This document shows, in pieces, positions 22,263 through 31,847 of a stretch of DNA of 50,298 bases. The stretch is from an uncultured Fidelibacterota bacterium. GTDB lineage: Bacteria; Fidelibacterota; Marinisomatia; Marinisomatales; UBA1611. The notes beneath the pieces are model-generated. The model saw nothing but the letters and a program-made list of their open reading frames with translations. It was not told the origin of the DNA and ran no database searches. The stretch spans positions 1 to 50,298 of the forward strand of contig CAJWHW010000013.1 of NCBI GenBank assembly GCA_913040915.1, given 5' to 3'. Made by a program: the position numbers and the translations under genes. The first letter of the stretch is position 1. Each line of letters begins with the position of its first letter.

Positions 22263-22730
22263 ATGTGGCAGGATAAATTGAAAGAAATCATCTACATACT
22301 TGAAAATTCAAATGTAAATGAAATAGAAGTAAATTTTTGGGGACGAAAATACCGTGTAACAAAAAGTCCCGGTATCTCTACAGTGGCTTCAAGTAATGCT
22401 GTATCTGCGCCTGCAATATCAACTCCAACTACTTCCGAGGTTATCGATGATGCATCTACTTTAGAATCTAATTCAGAAGTGGTCTCTAAAGGAGAAGAAT
22501 TATTATCGCCGATGCCCGGGACTTACTATTCATCTCCAACACCGGATGATCCACCATTTATTTCTGTTGGTGATTCTGTGAAAAAAGGACAAATACTTTG
22601 TATTGTTGAAGCCATGAAAATAATGAATGAAATTGAAGCTGAGACAGATGGTATTGTTACAAAGGTTTTTGTGGATAATGGAGAACCTGTTGAATACAAT
22701 CAGTCATTATTTTTAATAGATCCTGCTTAA
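22263..22730 (+). CDS. accB: Acetyl-CoA carboxylase biotin carboxyl carrier protein
   Basis: SPMPGTYY and the EAMKIMNEI biotinylation motif; Ala/Ser/Pro linker. Confidence 0.96.
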   Translation: MWQDKLKEIIYILENSNVNEIEVNFWGRKYRVTKSPGISTVASSNAVSAPAISTPTTSEVIDDASTLESNSEVVSKGEELLSPMPGTYYSSPTPDDPPFISVGDSVKKGQILCIVEAMKIMNEIEAETDGIVTKVFVDNGEPVEYNQSLFLIDPA

Positions 22731-22736
22731 AAAAGT

Positions 22737-24113
22737 ATGTTTAATAAAGTATTGATTGCTAACCGTGGTGAAATTGCACTTCGTGTGATTCGTGCTTGCC
22801 ATGAGTTAGGGATAAAAACTGTGGCAGTATATTCCACAGCAGATGAATTATCACTCCATGTGAAATTTGCAGATGAAGCTGTTTGTATTGGACCTCCTCC
22901 CAGTACGGAAAGTTATCTAAATATTCCTCGTATTATTGCCGCAGGAGAAATTACTGGTGCTGACGCCATTCATCCGGGATATGGATTTTTATCCGAATCA
23001 TCTCAATTTTCAAAAATATGTAACGAAAATAATTTCATTTTCCTTGGCCCCTCACCCGAAATTATTGATTCGATGGGTAATAAAGCCAAAGCAAAGACTA
23101 CAATGAAAGCTGCTGGAGTACCTGTAATTCCAGGAGGAGAAGGTGTGTTAGATAGTCCAGAAGAAGCAAAAGCTAAAGCAGATGAAATGGGATACCCAAT
23201 TATGTTGAAAGCTTCGGCAGGTGGTGGAGGTAGAGGCATGCGATTGGTAAAAAGTTCAGAAGATGTTATCTCTGCTTATAAATCAGCAAATCAAGAATCG
23301 CTAACAGCTTTTGGTAATGGAGATATATATATTGAAAAATTCATCGAAAATCCAAGACACATAGAAGTCCAAATATTGGCCGATACCTACGGGAATGCTA
23401 TTCATTTGGGTGAACGAGAATGCTCTATCCAGCGCCGTCACCAGAAATTGATTGAAGAGTCGCCATCACCTTTGGTGGATAGAGAAACAAGAAAACAATT
23501 AGGCAAAGCGGCGGTAGCAGGTGCTAAAGCTGTGGATTATGTTGGAGTCGGAACCGTTGAATTTCTAATGGATAAAAATAAAGACTTTTATTTCATGGAA
23601 ATGAATACTAGAATCCAAGTTGAACATCCTGTTACAGAAATGGTAACCGGCGTTGATTTGATTAAACAACAGATAAAAATGCACGCAGGAATAGAATGCC
23701 CTGAGTATTTACAGAATTTTAGATTACGAGGCCATTCTATTGAATGCCGAGTCAATGCCGAAGACCCTGCAAATAATTTTATACCATTCCCAAGTGAGAT
23801 TACTGAATTTCATATGCCTGGTGGAAAAGGAGTTCGGGTGGATAGCCATGCATATACTGGTTATAAAATTCCAACTCAGTACGATTCTATGATTGGAAAA
23901 ATTATCGTCCATGCTAAAAACAGAGAACGTGCAATTATTCGTATGCATCGTGCTTTGAAGGAAACTATTATTGCAGGGCCGAAAACAACTATTCCATATC
24001 ATATGGCTATTATGGAAGATGAAAAATTTAAATCAGGGGAATTTGATACAAGTTTTCTTGAGACATTTAATTACGACCCCACCAAATATGCTTATAAGGA
24101 AGAAAATGAATGA
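22737..24113 (+). CDS. accC: Biotin carboxylase
   Basis: IANRGEIA, HPGYGFLSE, GGGGRGM, RECSIQRRHQK, EMNTRIQVEH and YDSMIGK. Confidence 0.97.
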   Translation: MFNKVLIANRGEIALRVIRACHELGIKTVAVYSTADELSLHVKFADEAVCIGPPPSTESYLNIPRIIAAGEITGADAIHPGYGFLSESSQFSKICNENNFIFLGPSPEIIDSMGNKAKAKTTMKAAGVPVIPGGEGVLDSPEEAKAKADEMGYPIMLKASAGGGGRGMRLVKSSEDVISAYKSANQESLTAFGNGDIYIEKFIENPRHIEVQILADTYGNAIHLGERECSIQRRHQKLIEESPSPLVDRETRKQLGKAAVAGAKAVDYVGVGTVEFLMDKNKDFYFMEMNTRIQVEHPVTEMVTGVDLIKQQIKMHAGIECPEYLQNFRLRGHSIECRVNAEDPANNFIPFPSEITEFHMPGGKGVRVDSHAYTGYKIPTQYDSMIGKIIVHAKNRERAIIRMHRALKETIIAGPKTTIPYHMAIMEDEKFKSGEFDTSFLETFNYDPTKYAYKEENE

Positions 24114-24487
24114 ATACTCCAGATCATTTACTTTACACAGAAGAACACGAATGGGCTGAATTCAAGAATGATGAAGTAACTATTGGCATTACGGATTATG
24201 CTCAAAGCCAACTTGGTGATATTATTTTCATCGAGTTTCCAGAAATAGGAGAAGAAATTTCTGCCGGTGATAATTTCGGGGAAATAGAAGCAGTAAAAAC
24301 GGTGTCAGAGCTATATGCACCAATTTCAGGTAAAGTTACTGCAATTAATGAGGAATTAGATAATTCTCCCGAAACTGTAAATTTGGATCCTTATGGAGAT
24401 GGTTGGATTATTAAAGTTTTGCCTTTAAATCCAGATGAAAAAGATGAATTAATGAACTTTTTATCTTATGAGGAATTTGTAGGATAA
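24110..24487 (+). CDS. gcvH: Glycine cleavage system H protein
   Basis: YTEEHEW, GITDYAQSQLGD, EAVKTVSE (lipoyl Lys) and DPYGDGW. Confidence 0.97.
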   Translation: MNTPDHLLYTEEHEWAEFKNDEVTIGITDYAQSQLGDIIFIEFPEIGEEISAGDNFGEIEAVKTVSELYAPISGKVTAINEELDNSPETVNLDPYGDGWIIKVLPLNPDEKDELMNFLSYEEFVG

Positions 24488-25225
24488 ATGTCCGTTTTTA
24501 ATCATATAAAATCCATTATTGATGAAAGGGGTGCAGCCTATGTTGTTTTATTGGATCCAGATCGGAAGAATGAATCCACTATTGAATCCCGTGTAGCATT
24601 GGCGAATGATTCTAGTGTAGATGCACTTTTTGTTGGCGGAAGTCTTATGATGGATAGTAACTATAATGAACGTGTCCAGAGAATTAAAGAAGCATCTGAT
24701 ATTCCTGTTATATTCTTTTCTGGCAGTGTTGGGCAATTGAATTCCCATTATGACGCCATTCTTTTTATGTCAGTTATTTCAGGAAGAAACCCCCACTATT
24801 TAATAGGTGAACAGGCCATTGCTGCACCTATTATAAGAGATATGGGTATTGAGACGATTTCAACTGGCTATATGCTAATGGAAGGAGGTGCCGGCTCTAC
24901 CGTTGAATTTATAAGCGGTACTCGTCCTATTCCTATGAATCGTCCTGATATTGCTGTTGCACATGCATTAGCGGGCCAATATTTAGGAATGAATATGATT
25001 TATCTAGAAGCGGGAAGTGGCGCGAAAGAACCTGTTGCTAATGAAGTTGTAAAAGCAGTTACAGATGTTTTAGATATTCCGGTTATCGCTGGTGGTGGAA
25101 TTCGGGATACTGAAACTGTTTCAGAAAAAGTTAAAGCAGGTGCTTCTATTATCGTCACTGGAACTGTGATTGAAGAAAAGTCAGATTTAATGAAAGAAAT
25201 GGCTGATGCTGTCCATTGGAAATAA
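24488..25225 (+). CDS. Geranylgeranylglyceryl-phosphate synthase family (GGGPS/PcrB), group II-like
   Basis: LLDPD, FVGGS, SVISGRNPHYLIGEQ, TGYML, YLEAGSGA (G1P binding), GGGIRD and IVTGT. Confidence 0.9.
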   Translation: MSVFNHIKSIIDERGAAYVVLLDPDRKNESTIESRVALANDSSVDALFVGGSLMMDSNYNERVQRIKEASDIPVIFFSGSVGQLNSHYDAILFMSVISGRNPHYLIGEQAIAAPIIRDMGIETISTGYMLMEGGAGSTVEFISGTRPIPMNRPDIAVAHALAGQYLGMNMIYLEAGSGAKEPVANEVVKAVTDVLDIPVIAGGGIRDTETVSEKVKAGASIIVTGTVIEEKSDLMKEMADAVHWK

Positions 25226-25802
25226 TCAATTGAAAGAAAAAGTTAAAGACCAAATTCTTGCCAGTATTTTGATGAAAAAATCCATGGTTGAGTCTTGCGT
25301 ATCTGATATTGAAGCAGCAGCGGAAATCATGATTAATTCCATACGAAATGGTGGAAAAATTCTATGGTGCGGAAATGGTGGTAGTGCAGGAGATGCGCAA
25401 CATTTGGCTGCAGAACTCATGGGTGGCATGAATAGCCATGAAAGAAAACCGATTCCATCTATCGCCTTGACTACAGATTCATCATTTCTTACCGCCTGGT
25501 CCAATGATACTGATTTTGAATCCGTGTTTTCGCGCCAGGTCCAAGGATTAGGTCAAGAAGGTGATGTTTTGGTGGGTATCTCAACTAGCGGAAACTCGAA
25601 TAATGTAATCACCGCAATAAAACAAGCGAAATACAAAGGACTCAAAACAGTGGTATTTACTGGGCAATTTGGTGGTATGATGAAGAATTTGGCTGATGTA
25701 ACAATTTATGTACCGAGTAAAGACACCCAACGGATTCAGGAAGGGCATATTATGATGGGTCAAATTATTTGTGGATTAATTGAAGACGATTTTATGACTT
25801 AA
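25206..25802 (+). CDS. gmhA: D-sedoheptulose-7-phosphate isomerase
   Basis: CGNGGSAGDAQHLAAE, LTTDSS, FSRQV, ISTSGNS and RIQEGH. Confidence 0.93.
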   Translation: MLSIGNNQLKEKVKDQILASILMKKSMVESCVSDIEAAAEIMINSIRNGGKILWCGNGGSAGDAQHLAAELMGGMNSHERKPIPSIALTTDSSFLTAWSNDTDFESVFSRQVQGLGQEGDVLVGISTSGNSNNVITAIKQAKYKGLKTVVFTGQFGGMMKNLADVTIYVPSKDTQRIQEGHIMMGQIICGLIEDDFMT

Positions 25803-25803
25803 T

Positions 25804-26691
25804 ATGGATACAAGATACCAAGACTACCTGACTATGCTGAGAGTGGAACGAAATGTATCCCCAAAAACACTTGAAGCATACGGACGGGATTTAAAACAGT
25901 ATTTTTCTTTTTTATCTGAAAAAAGTGTTACTCATATCAATCAAATAAGTCAAGGTCATGTACGGGAATATATCAGAAAATTAAACCAATGTGGATTGGC
26001 CTCATCTAGTATTACCAGAATATTATCATCCATACGATCATACCATAAATATTTATCTTCAGAACGTTTGGTTGATGAAAATCCGACTTTAGTTCTATCC
26101 AACCCAAGAGTGCAAAAAAAATTACCTGATGTATTGATCGAAGAAGAAATTTCATCTATTATTAATGTTGTTGATGAAACTAGTCCCTTTGCTAGAAGAG
26201 ATAAAGCTATTATCGAAATGCTTTACTCTTGTGGCTTACGGGTTTCAGAATTGTGTGACCTAACATTGAACCATCTTTTCTTAGATGATGATATGATACG
26301 AATTATGGGAAAAGGTTTAAAAGAAAGGTTACTTCCTATTGGGGATCGAGCCAAAAAATATATTGATGAATATATAATTCATTCCCGTCCTAGAATGCAA
26401 AAAGGGAAAGGTGGCAGTACAGTTTTCTTAAGTCGGAATGGGAATAAATTGACACGTGCAATGATTAATAATATTTTGAGAAAATGGTCAAAGTTGGCAG
26501 GCATTACTAAACCAGTTTCTCCTCATACTCTTCGCCATTCATTTGCCACACATTTATTGGAAGGAGGTGCAGATTTGAGATTTGTTCAGGCTCTTCTGGG
26601 CCATAGTGATATCTCTACGACGCAGATTTATACTCATTTAGACAAAGAACATTTGAAAGAAGTTTATCAAACTCATCATCCGAGAAGCTGA
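25804..26691 (+). CDS. xerD: Site-specific tyrosine recombinase XerD
   Basis: YSCGLRVSEL, GKGLKER, HTLRHSFATHLLEGGADLR, LLGHSDISTTQIYTH and C-terminal HHPR; lies in a housekeeping operon. Confidence 0.9.
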   Translation: MDTRYQDYLTMLRVERNVSPKTLEAYGRDLKQYFSFLSEKSVTHINQISQGHVREYIRKLNQCGLASSSITRILSSIRSYHKYLSSERLVDENPTLVLSNPRVQKKLPDVLIEEEISSIINVVDETSPFARRDKAIIEMLYSCGLRVSELCDLTLNHLFLDDDMIRIMGKGLKERLLPIGDRAKKYIDEYIIHSRPRMQKGKGGSTVFLSRNGNKLTRAMINNILRKWSKLAGITKPVSPHTLRHSFATHLLEGGADLRFVQALLGHSDISTTQIYTHLDKEHLKEVYQTHHPRS

Positions 26692-27326
26692 TGTTATTTC
26701 GTCTCCCACCTGAAGCACTTGTTTTGCTTATCCCTACATTAATTTTTGCATTATCATTTCATGAATATGCCCATGCCTGGATGGCATCAAAATGTGGAGA
26801 TTTTACTGCCGCAAGAATGGGGAGGCTCACAATGAATCCCATGGCACATTTAGATCCTATGGGATCATTTATGATTTTATTTGTTGGTTTTGGCTGGGCA
26901 AAACCCGTTCCTGTAGACGGCCGAAACTTAAAAAACCCACGAACTGATATGATGAAAGTTGCTGCGGCAGGCCCTATTTCTAATCTTCTTTTAGCTTTGG
27001 TTGCTGGAATGGTACTTAGGTTCTTAAATGGAACAGGATTATTAACAGAAACAGTGTTTGTTTTATTACTTTATTTCACAAGAATAAATATTACCCTTGC
27101 AGTTTTTAATATGATCCCTGTAGCACCTTTAGATGGCTCTCAAATATTTTCTGGCTGGCTTATAAAAACGAATCCACAATTAGCATGGAAGATACAATCC
27201 TATGGTCCTCAAGTTTTATTTGGATTGATTTTATTTGGATATATTACCGGATTTTCGATTATTTGGCTTCTGATGGAACCTTTTGTGAATTTTTTTATGC
27301 TGATTTTTGCAGGTATTTCTATCTAA
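26691..27326 (+). CDS. Site-2 (M50) intramembrane zinc protease
   Basis: HEYAH, GRLTMNP, GWAKPVP, AAAGP and FNMIPVAPLDG. Confidence 0.93.
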   Translation: MLFRLPPEALVLLIPTLIFALSFHEYAHAWMASKCGDFTAARMGRLTMNPMAHLDPMGSFMILFVGFGWAKPVPVDGRNLKNPRTDMMKVAAAGPISNLLLALVAGMVLRFLNGTGLLTETVFVLLLYFTRINITLAVFNMIPVAPLDGSQIFSGWLIKTNPQLAWKIQSYGPQVLFGLILFGYITGFSIIWLLMEPFVNFFMLIFAGISI

Positions 27327-27329
27327 TCA

Positions 27330-27455
27330 ATGAACTATTTCAAAAGAATACTGCCAGATAGGAGGGTAAAAGGACGATCATTTCGGTGGACATTAACTAT
27401 GTTCATGATCGTTATGTTTTTCATAATTTACTTGAATATGATTTCATATAATTAA
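27330..27455 (+). CDS. Putative 41-aa single-pass membrane protein (not in ORF track)
   Basis: MNYFKRILPDRRVKGRSFRWTLTMFMIVMFFIIYLNMISYN; fills the gap with 3-nt spacers on each side; basic N-terminus followed by a TM helix. Confidence 0.6.
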   Translation: MNYFKRILPDRRVKGRSFRWTLTMFMIVMFFIIYLNMISYN

Positions 27456-27458
27456 ACA

Positions 27459-29159
27459 ATGATAAAACTTGTAGAATGTGTACCCAATTTCTCAGAAGGA
27501 AAGGACAAACAAAAAATTGAAGATATTGTAAATCATATTTCAGGTATTTCTGGTGTAACTATTCTCGATGTTGACTCTGGAGAAGATACAAATAGAACAG
27601 TTGTTACATTCGTTGGTGGACCAAATGCTATCGTTGAAGCAGCATTCCAGGGTATCAAACGTGCTTCTGAAATTTTGGATATGAGCCAACATACGGGTAC
27701 TCATCCACGCATGGGAGCAACAGATGTGTGTCCGTTTATTCCCATCAGTAATATGTCTTATAAAGAATGCATTGAACTTTCAAAGCTTGTTGGCCAACGA
27801 GTGGGCGATGAACTGGATATTCCTGTATATCTTTATGAAAAATCAACACAGATGGTTGAACGAAAAAAGCTTCCTGATATTCGCAAAGGTGAATATGAAG
27901 GACTATCCAACAAATTAAATGACCCAAACTGGAAACCAGATTTTGGTCCTGCTAAACTACATGTAAAAGCAGGTGCAACTGTCATGGGTTGCCGTGATTT
28001 TTTGATCGCATATAACATTAATCTCAACACAAAAGATCATCGGTTAGCAACTGATATTGCATTTGAGTTACGTGAAGCTGGTCGTTCTAAACGAATTCCA
28101 AACCCAAAATCAAAAAATTTACTGGATGGTGAGATTGTGCGCGATGAGGATGGAAAGCCCGTAAAGAGATCCGGCATGTTTAAAGATTTAAAAGGTATTG
28201 GTTGGTATGTCGATACGTTTCAACGAGCTCAAATATCAATTAATTTTAATAACTACAAAGAATCTACCATTCATGATGTGTTCGATGCTGCCTGTAAGTT
28301 AGCGGAAGACCGTGGCATTCGTGTGACAGGAAGTGAATTGGTTGGACTTATTCCATTGGAAGCAATGGTCATGGCTGGTAAATATTATTTGAAAAAACAG
28401 AATCGTTCTATTGGTGTACCGACTGCTGATATTGTTGAATGTGCTGTTCAATCTTTGGGCTTAAATGATGTTGCGCCTTTTATTCCGAAAGAAAAAATTA
28501 TTGATTATGCAGTTCAAGATGATAAAAAACTATTGATGGCCATGAAAAGCATCGAGTTTGTAGAAGAATTATCTACAAATAGTCCGGCTCCCGGGGGTGG
28601 AAGTGTTTCAGCATTGGCTGGTAGCCTTGGAGCAGCGTTATCCTCTATGGTGGCGGCCCTGACCCATGAGAAGAAAGAAATGTTGGAGCTTAAGCCAGAA
28701 ATGGATCATATTGGTATTGAAGCTCAGTTATTAAAGGATCGACTCGTATTTTTGGTGGATGAAGACACGAGAGCATTCAATAATGTTTTAGATGCCAATC
28801 GTTTACTTGCAACAACACAAGAAGAAAAAAAAGCTAAATCAGAAGCAATTAATTATGCCAATAAATATGCCATAGAGGTACCTTTTGAAACAGGCAGACT
28901 ATGTTTTCAAGTGATTGAATTAGCCGAAATCCTTGTGGAAAAAGGGAATCCCAATTCCATATCCGATGCAGGTGTGGCAGCAGAATTAGCTTTAGCTGGC
29001 GTAAAAGGTGCCTGTATGAATGTTTTGATCAACCTCTCTAATGTGAATAATGTGGCTTATTGTGATGATAAACGAAAATCTGTAAAAAGTTTGGTATCTA
29101 AAGCAAATTCTTTGGTACAAGCTATATATGAAAAAACCATCGATAAAATAGAAAGTTGA
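27459..29159 (+). CDS. ftcD: Bifunctional glutamate formimidoyltransferase / formimidoyl-THF cyclodeaminase
   Basis: LVECVPNFSEG, HPRMGATDVCPF and IRKGEYEGL (FT domain); PAPGGGSVSAL and GNPNSISDAGV (cyclodeaminase domain). Confidence 0.94.
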   Translation: MIKLVECVPNFSEGKDKQKIEDIVNHISGISGVTILDVDSGEDTNRTVVTFVGGPNAIVEAAFQGIKRASEILDMSQHTGTHPRMGATDVCPFIPISNMSYKECIELSKLVGQRVGDELDIPVYLYEKSTQMVERKKLPDIRKGEYEGLSNKLNDPNWKPDFGPAKLHVKAGATVMGCRDFLIAYNINLNTKDHRLATDIAFELREAGRSKRIPNPKSKNLLDGEIVRDEDGKPVKRSGMFKDLKGIGWYVDTFQRAQISINFNNYKESTIHDVFDAACKLAEDRGIRVTGSELVGLIPLEAMVMAGKYYLKKQNRSIGVPTADIVECAVQSLGLNDVAPFIPKEKIIDYAVQDDKKLLMAMKSIEFVEELSTNSPAPGGGSVSALAGSLGAALSSMVAALTHEKKEMLELKPEMDHIGIEAQLLKDRLVFLVDEDTRAFNNVLDANRLLATTQEEKKAKSEAINYANKYAIEVPFETGRLCFQVIELAEILVEKGNPNSISDAGVAAELALAGVKGACMNVLINLSNVNNVAYCDDKRKSVKSLVSKANSLVQAIYEKTIDKIES

Positions 29160-29221
29160 ATCATGATACTGGCAGATCTATATTGTAAATTAAGTGTTGT
29201 TTTATAATTTGATAATTTTAC

Positions 29222-31009
29222 ATGATTAAACAGTTATCAGAAGATCTCAGAAATAAAATTTCTGCTGGTGAGGTAGTTGAGAGGCCTGCATCTGTTGTTA
29301 AAGAACTTATCGAAAATAGTTTGGATGCCTGTGGAACGGAAATTTCCATTGTAGTTGAGAAAGGCGGTCATCAAACCATTCAAGTTCGGGACAATGGCCA
29401 CGGGATTTCTGCTGAGCAATTACCTGTTTCTATATTACGGTTTCATACCAGTAAAATATCTACTATAGATGATTTGTTCACTATTGATACCCTCGGGTTT
29501 CGCGGAGAAGCTTTGGCAAGTATAGCATCTGTATCAGAAATGTCTATTTTATCAAGTAATGGGACTGGTGAAGGCGCAGAATTAACAATTGTGAATGGTA
29601 TCGCTGGAGATGTACAACCGACAGCAAAAATTGGTGGAACGGAGATCACAATTCGCCATCTATTTTACAATACACCTGCACGGAAAAAATTTCTAAAAAC
29701 TCCTCGAACTGAGTTAAGAAAAATAGTTGACGTAGTTCGACGCTTTGGCATTGCATACCCTGAAGTATCTTTCAAGTTAATTTCAGATGATAGACTGATT
29801 TTCCATGTACAGAAGGAAAATCTTGAAGATAGAATTGATAATTTATTGGATCCGACCTATTCAAAAAACTTGATTCCTATAAATGTTGTCAAGGGGGACT
29901 ATTCCTTTTCAGGATTTGTTGGAAATTTGAACTTAGTCCGTTCCCGACCAGGAGAACAATATCTTATTATGAACCGCAGGTTCATCAAGGATCGACTCAT
30001 GAATTCTGCTGTATATGGCGCCTATGAGTCCTTGGTCAAGCGAGGAGAGTACCCATTTTTTGTAATCAATTTGATTTTGCCGAATGACCAAGTAGATATA
30101 AACGTACATCCGATGAAGACGGAAGTCCGATTCAAAGATGATTGGCGTGTATTTCATGTATTGAAGGCCACAGTAAATGATGCTTTGCAATCTATTCTAG
30201 AAACAATCCCCGGATTTAATCGGTCTTATGAATCAAAGTCGCAATTCAGCAAACAAGAATCCAATTCCCGACCATTTACCTTTCGTTCTATATCGGAAAC
30301 AATTCCTACAGACCCTAATCAGCGGGTGATGAATTTATCATCAAAAATATCGTCAAATAATCCTTCACAAACTAATCTTGAAAGGGCGAAAGATTATGTA
30401 TCGAAACTGGCAGCGGTCCCCGTACAAGCTCAGGAAACAATCGCAACAGAAAATATTTGGCAGATCCATAAAAAATATATTGTTTCAGAAATAAATAGCG
30501 GGCTGGTTATCATAGATCAACACGTTGCTCATGAAAGGGTTCTCTATGAAGAAGCACTTAAATCATTTGAGTCAACATCTATGGCCTCTCAAACAATGCT
30601 GTTTCCAGAAGTATTGGAATTTTCTCCTGATGATTTTGACGGGCTTTTAGATGTACTTCCCTATTTGGAAAAGATAGGATTTAAAATAAAAAAACAGGAT
30701 GACACTTCTATCAGAATCGATGCCATCCCATCAGAAATGTCTTTGGGGAATGAGCGTAAAGTAATCAGAGAAATATTAGATAATTTCCTGAAAGAGCGAA
30801 AGCAATATAGTTCATTTCAGGAAGGCCTTGCTGCAATGTTTTCCTGTAAAGCAGCTATCAAAGCTGGTGACTCACTAACTCGAGATGAAATGCAGGAATT
30901 AGTTAATCGTTTATTTGCCACGGAACATCCATATTATTGTCCCCACGGACGTCCTATTATTGTACAAATGTCATTAGATGAATTGGACGGGCGATTCGAA
31001 AGGCATTAA
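29222..31009 (+). CDS. mutL: DNA mismatch repair protein MutL (endonuclease-type)
   Basis: AGEVVERPASVVKEL, GFRGEAL, DQHVAHERV, SCK and CPHGRP. Confidence 0.98.
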   Translation: MIKQLSEDLRNKISAGEVVERPASVVKELIENSLDACGTEISIVVEKGGHQTIQVRDNGHGISAEQLPVSILRFHTSKISTIDDLFTIDTLGFRGEALASIASVSEMSILSSNGTGEGAELTIVNGIAGDVQPTAKIGGTEITIRHLFYNTPARKKFLKTPRTELRKIVDVVRRFGIAYPEVSFKLISDDRLIFHVQKENLEDRIDNLLDPTYSKNLIPINVVKGDYSFSGFVGNLNLVRSRPGEQYLIMNRRFIKDRLMNSAVYGAYESLVKRGEYPFFVINLILPNDQVDINVHPMKTEVRFKDDWRVFHVLKATVNDALQSILETIPGFNRSYESKSQFSKQESNSRPFTFRSISETIPTDPNQRVMNLSSKISSNNPSQTNLERAKDYVSKLAAVPVQAQETIATENIWQIHKKYIVSEINSGLVIIDQHVAHERVLYEEALKSFESTSMASQTMLFPEVLEFSPDDFDGLLDVLPYLEKIGFKIKKQDDTSIRIDAIPSEMSLGNERKVIREILDNFLKERKQYSSFQEGLAAMFSCKAAIKAGDSLTRDEMQELVNRLFATEHPYYCPHGRPIIVQMSLDELDGRFERH

Positions 31010-31057
31010 AAATATAAAAAAGCTCATGTATTTTTGATTTTTGACTGGTTTTAGGGT

Positions 31058-31143
31058 AAAATCATTTCTTACTTGAAGATTCATAACAGGAATTATGGTT
31101 ATCATTTTACGTTGGGCCTCTGGTAATTCATTTTAATATTATT
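31058..31143 (-). pseudogene. Degenerate tandem copy of the cyclophilin 3' end
   Basis: Minus strand reads NIKM-(2-nt insertion)-LPEAQRKMITIIPVMNLQVRNDF against KIQMLPEKGQMLKTIVPVHQVKIKKNGF in the adjacent gene. Confidence 0.45.
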
Positions 31144-31160
31144 AAATTGTAGTTAATCTA

Positions 31161-31736
31161 CTAGAAACCATTCTTTTTTATCTTTACTTGATGCACTGGA
31201 ACAATAGTTTTTAACATTTGACCTTTTTCTGGCAACATTTGAATTTTATGTACAACGTCCATTCCTAGGATTACTTTACCGAATGCAGCAAATCCTTGTC
31301 CGTCAGGGTTCCGTTTACCATCAAAGTCCAATTCTGGTTGGCTGCCAATACAAATAAAAATTTCTGAACTGGCAGTTCCTGGTTCAAGGCGTGCCATTGA
31401 GATGATACCATCTTCATGTTTAATTCCTGTTTTATCTGTAGTTTCGTGAATGATTGGCGGGAGTTCCAAGGGATGTTTCTCAAGACCTAACCCACCTTGG
31501 ATTACTTCAATTATCACATCATTAACAGACTGATTATTGATTTGAACAACTCGATAAAAATGAAAATCTTGATAGCGATTCTCTTCCACGTACTTTAAAA
31601 AATTTGAAACCGTGATTGGAGCTTGTTTGGGATAAAGTTCAATCTCAATTATACCAAGATCAGTCACCATTTTAACTATGGGATTTTGTACTAGATAAAG
31701 GGACAAAATATTCAACGCTAATATCTTATTTAACAT
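31161..31736 (-). CDS. Cyclophilin-type peptidyl-prolyl isomerase (probably exported)
   Basis: APITVSNF, FYRVV, VIQGG, ISMAR and AAFGKVILGMDVV; short hydrophobic N-terminus. Confidence 0.92.
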   Translation of the reverse strand: MLNKILALNILSLYLVQNPIVKMVTDLGIIEIELYPKQAPITVSNFLKYVEENRYQDFHFYRVVQINNQSVNDVIIEVIQGGLGLEKHPLELPPIIHETTDKTGIKHEDGIISMARLEPGTASSEIFICIGSQPELDFDGKRNPDGQGFAAFGKVILGMDVVHKIQMLPEKGQMLKTIVPVHQVKIKKNGF

Positions 31737-31847
31737 ATCTAGAATTTAAATAAAGTAGTATTAATTATGTCTCAACCCATTTCGTATGATTTAAATTTTA
31801 ATCTGTAAATGAATAAAAGCTAATTGAAGCTATACTTAAATTCTGCT

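Noticed and set aside
25804..26691. Tyrosine recombinase as a prophage or island integrase
   Set aside because: XerD-type length and motifs, embedded in a housekeeping operon, with no att repeats or phage genes.
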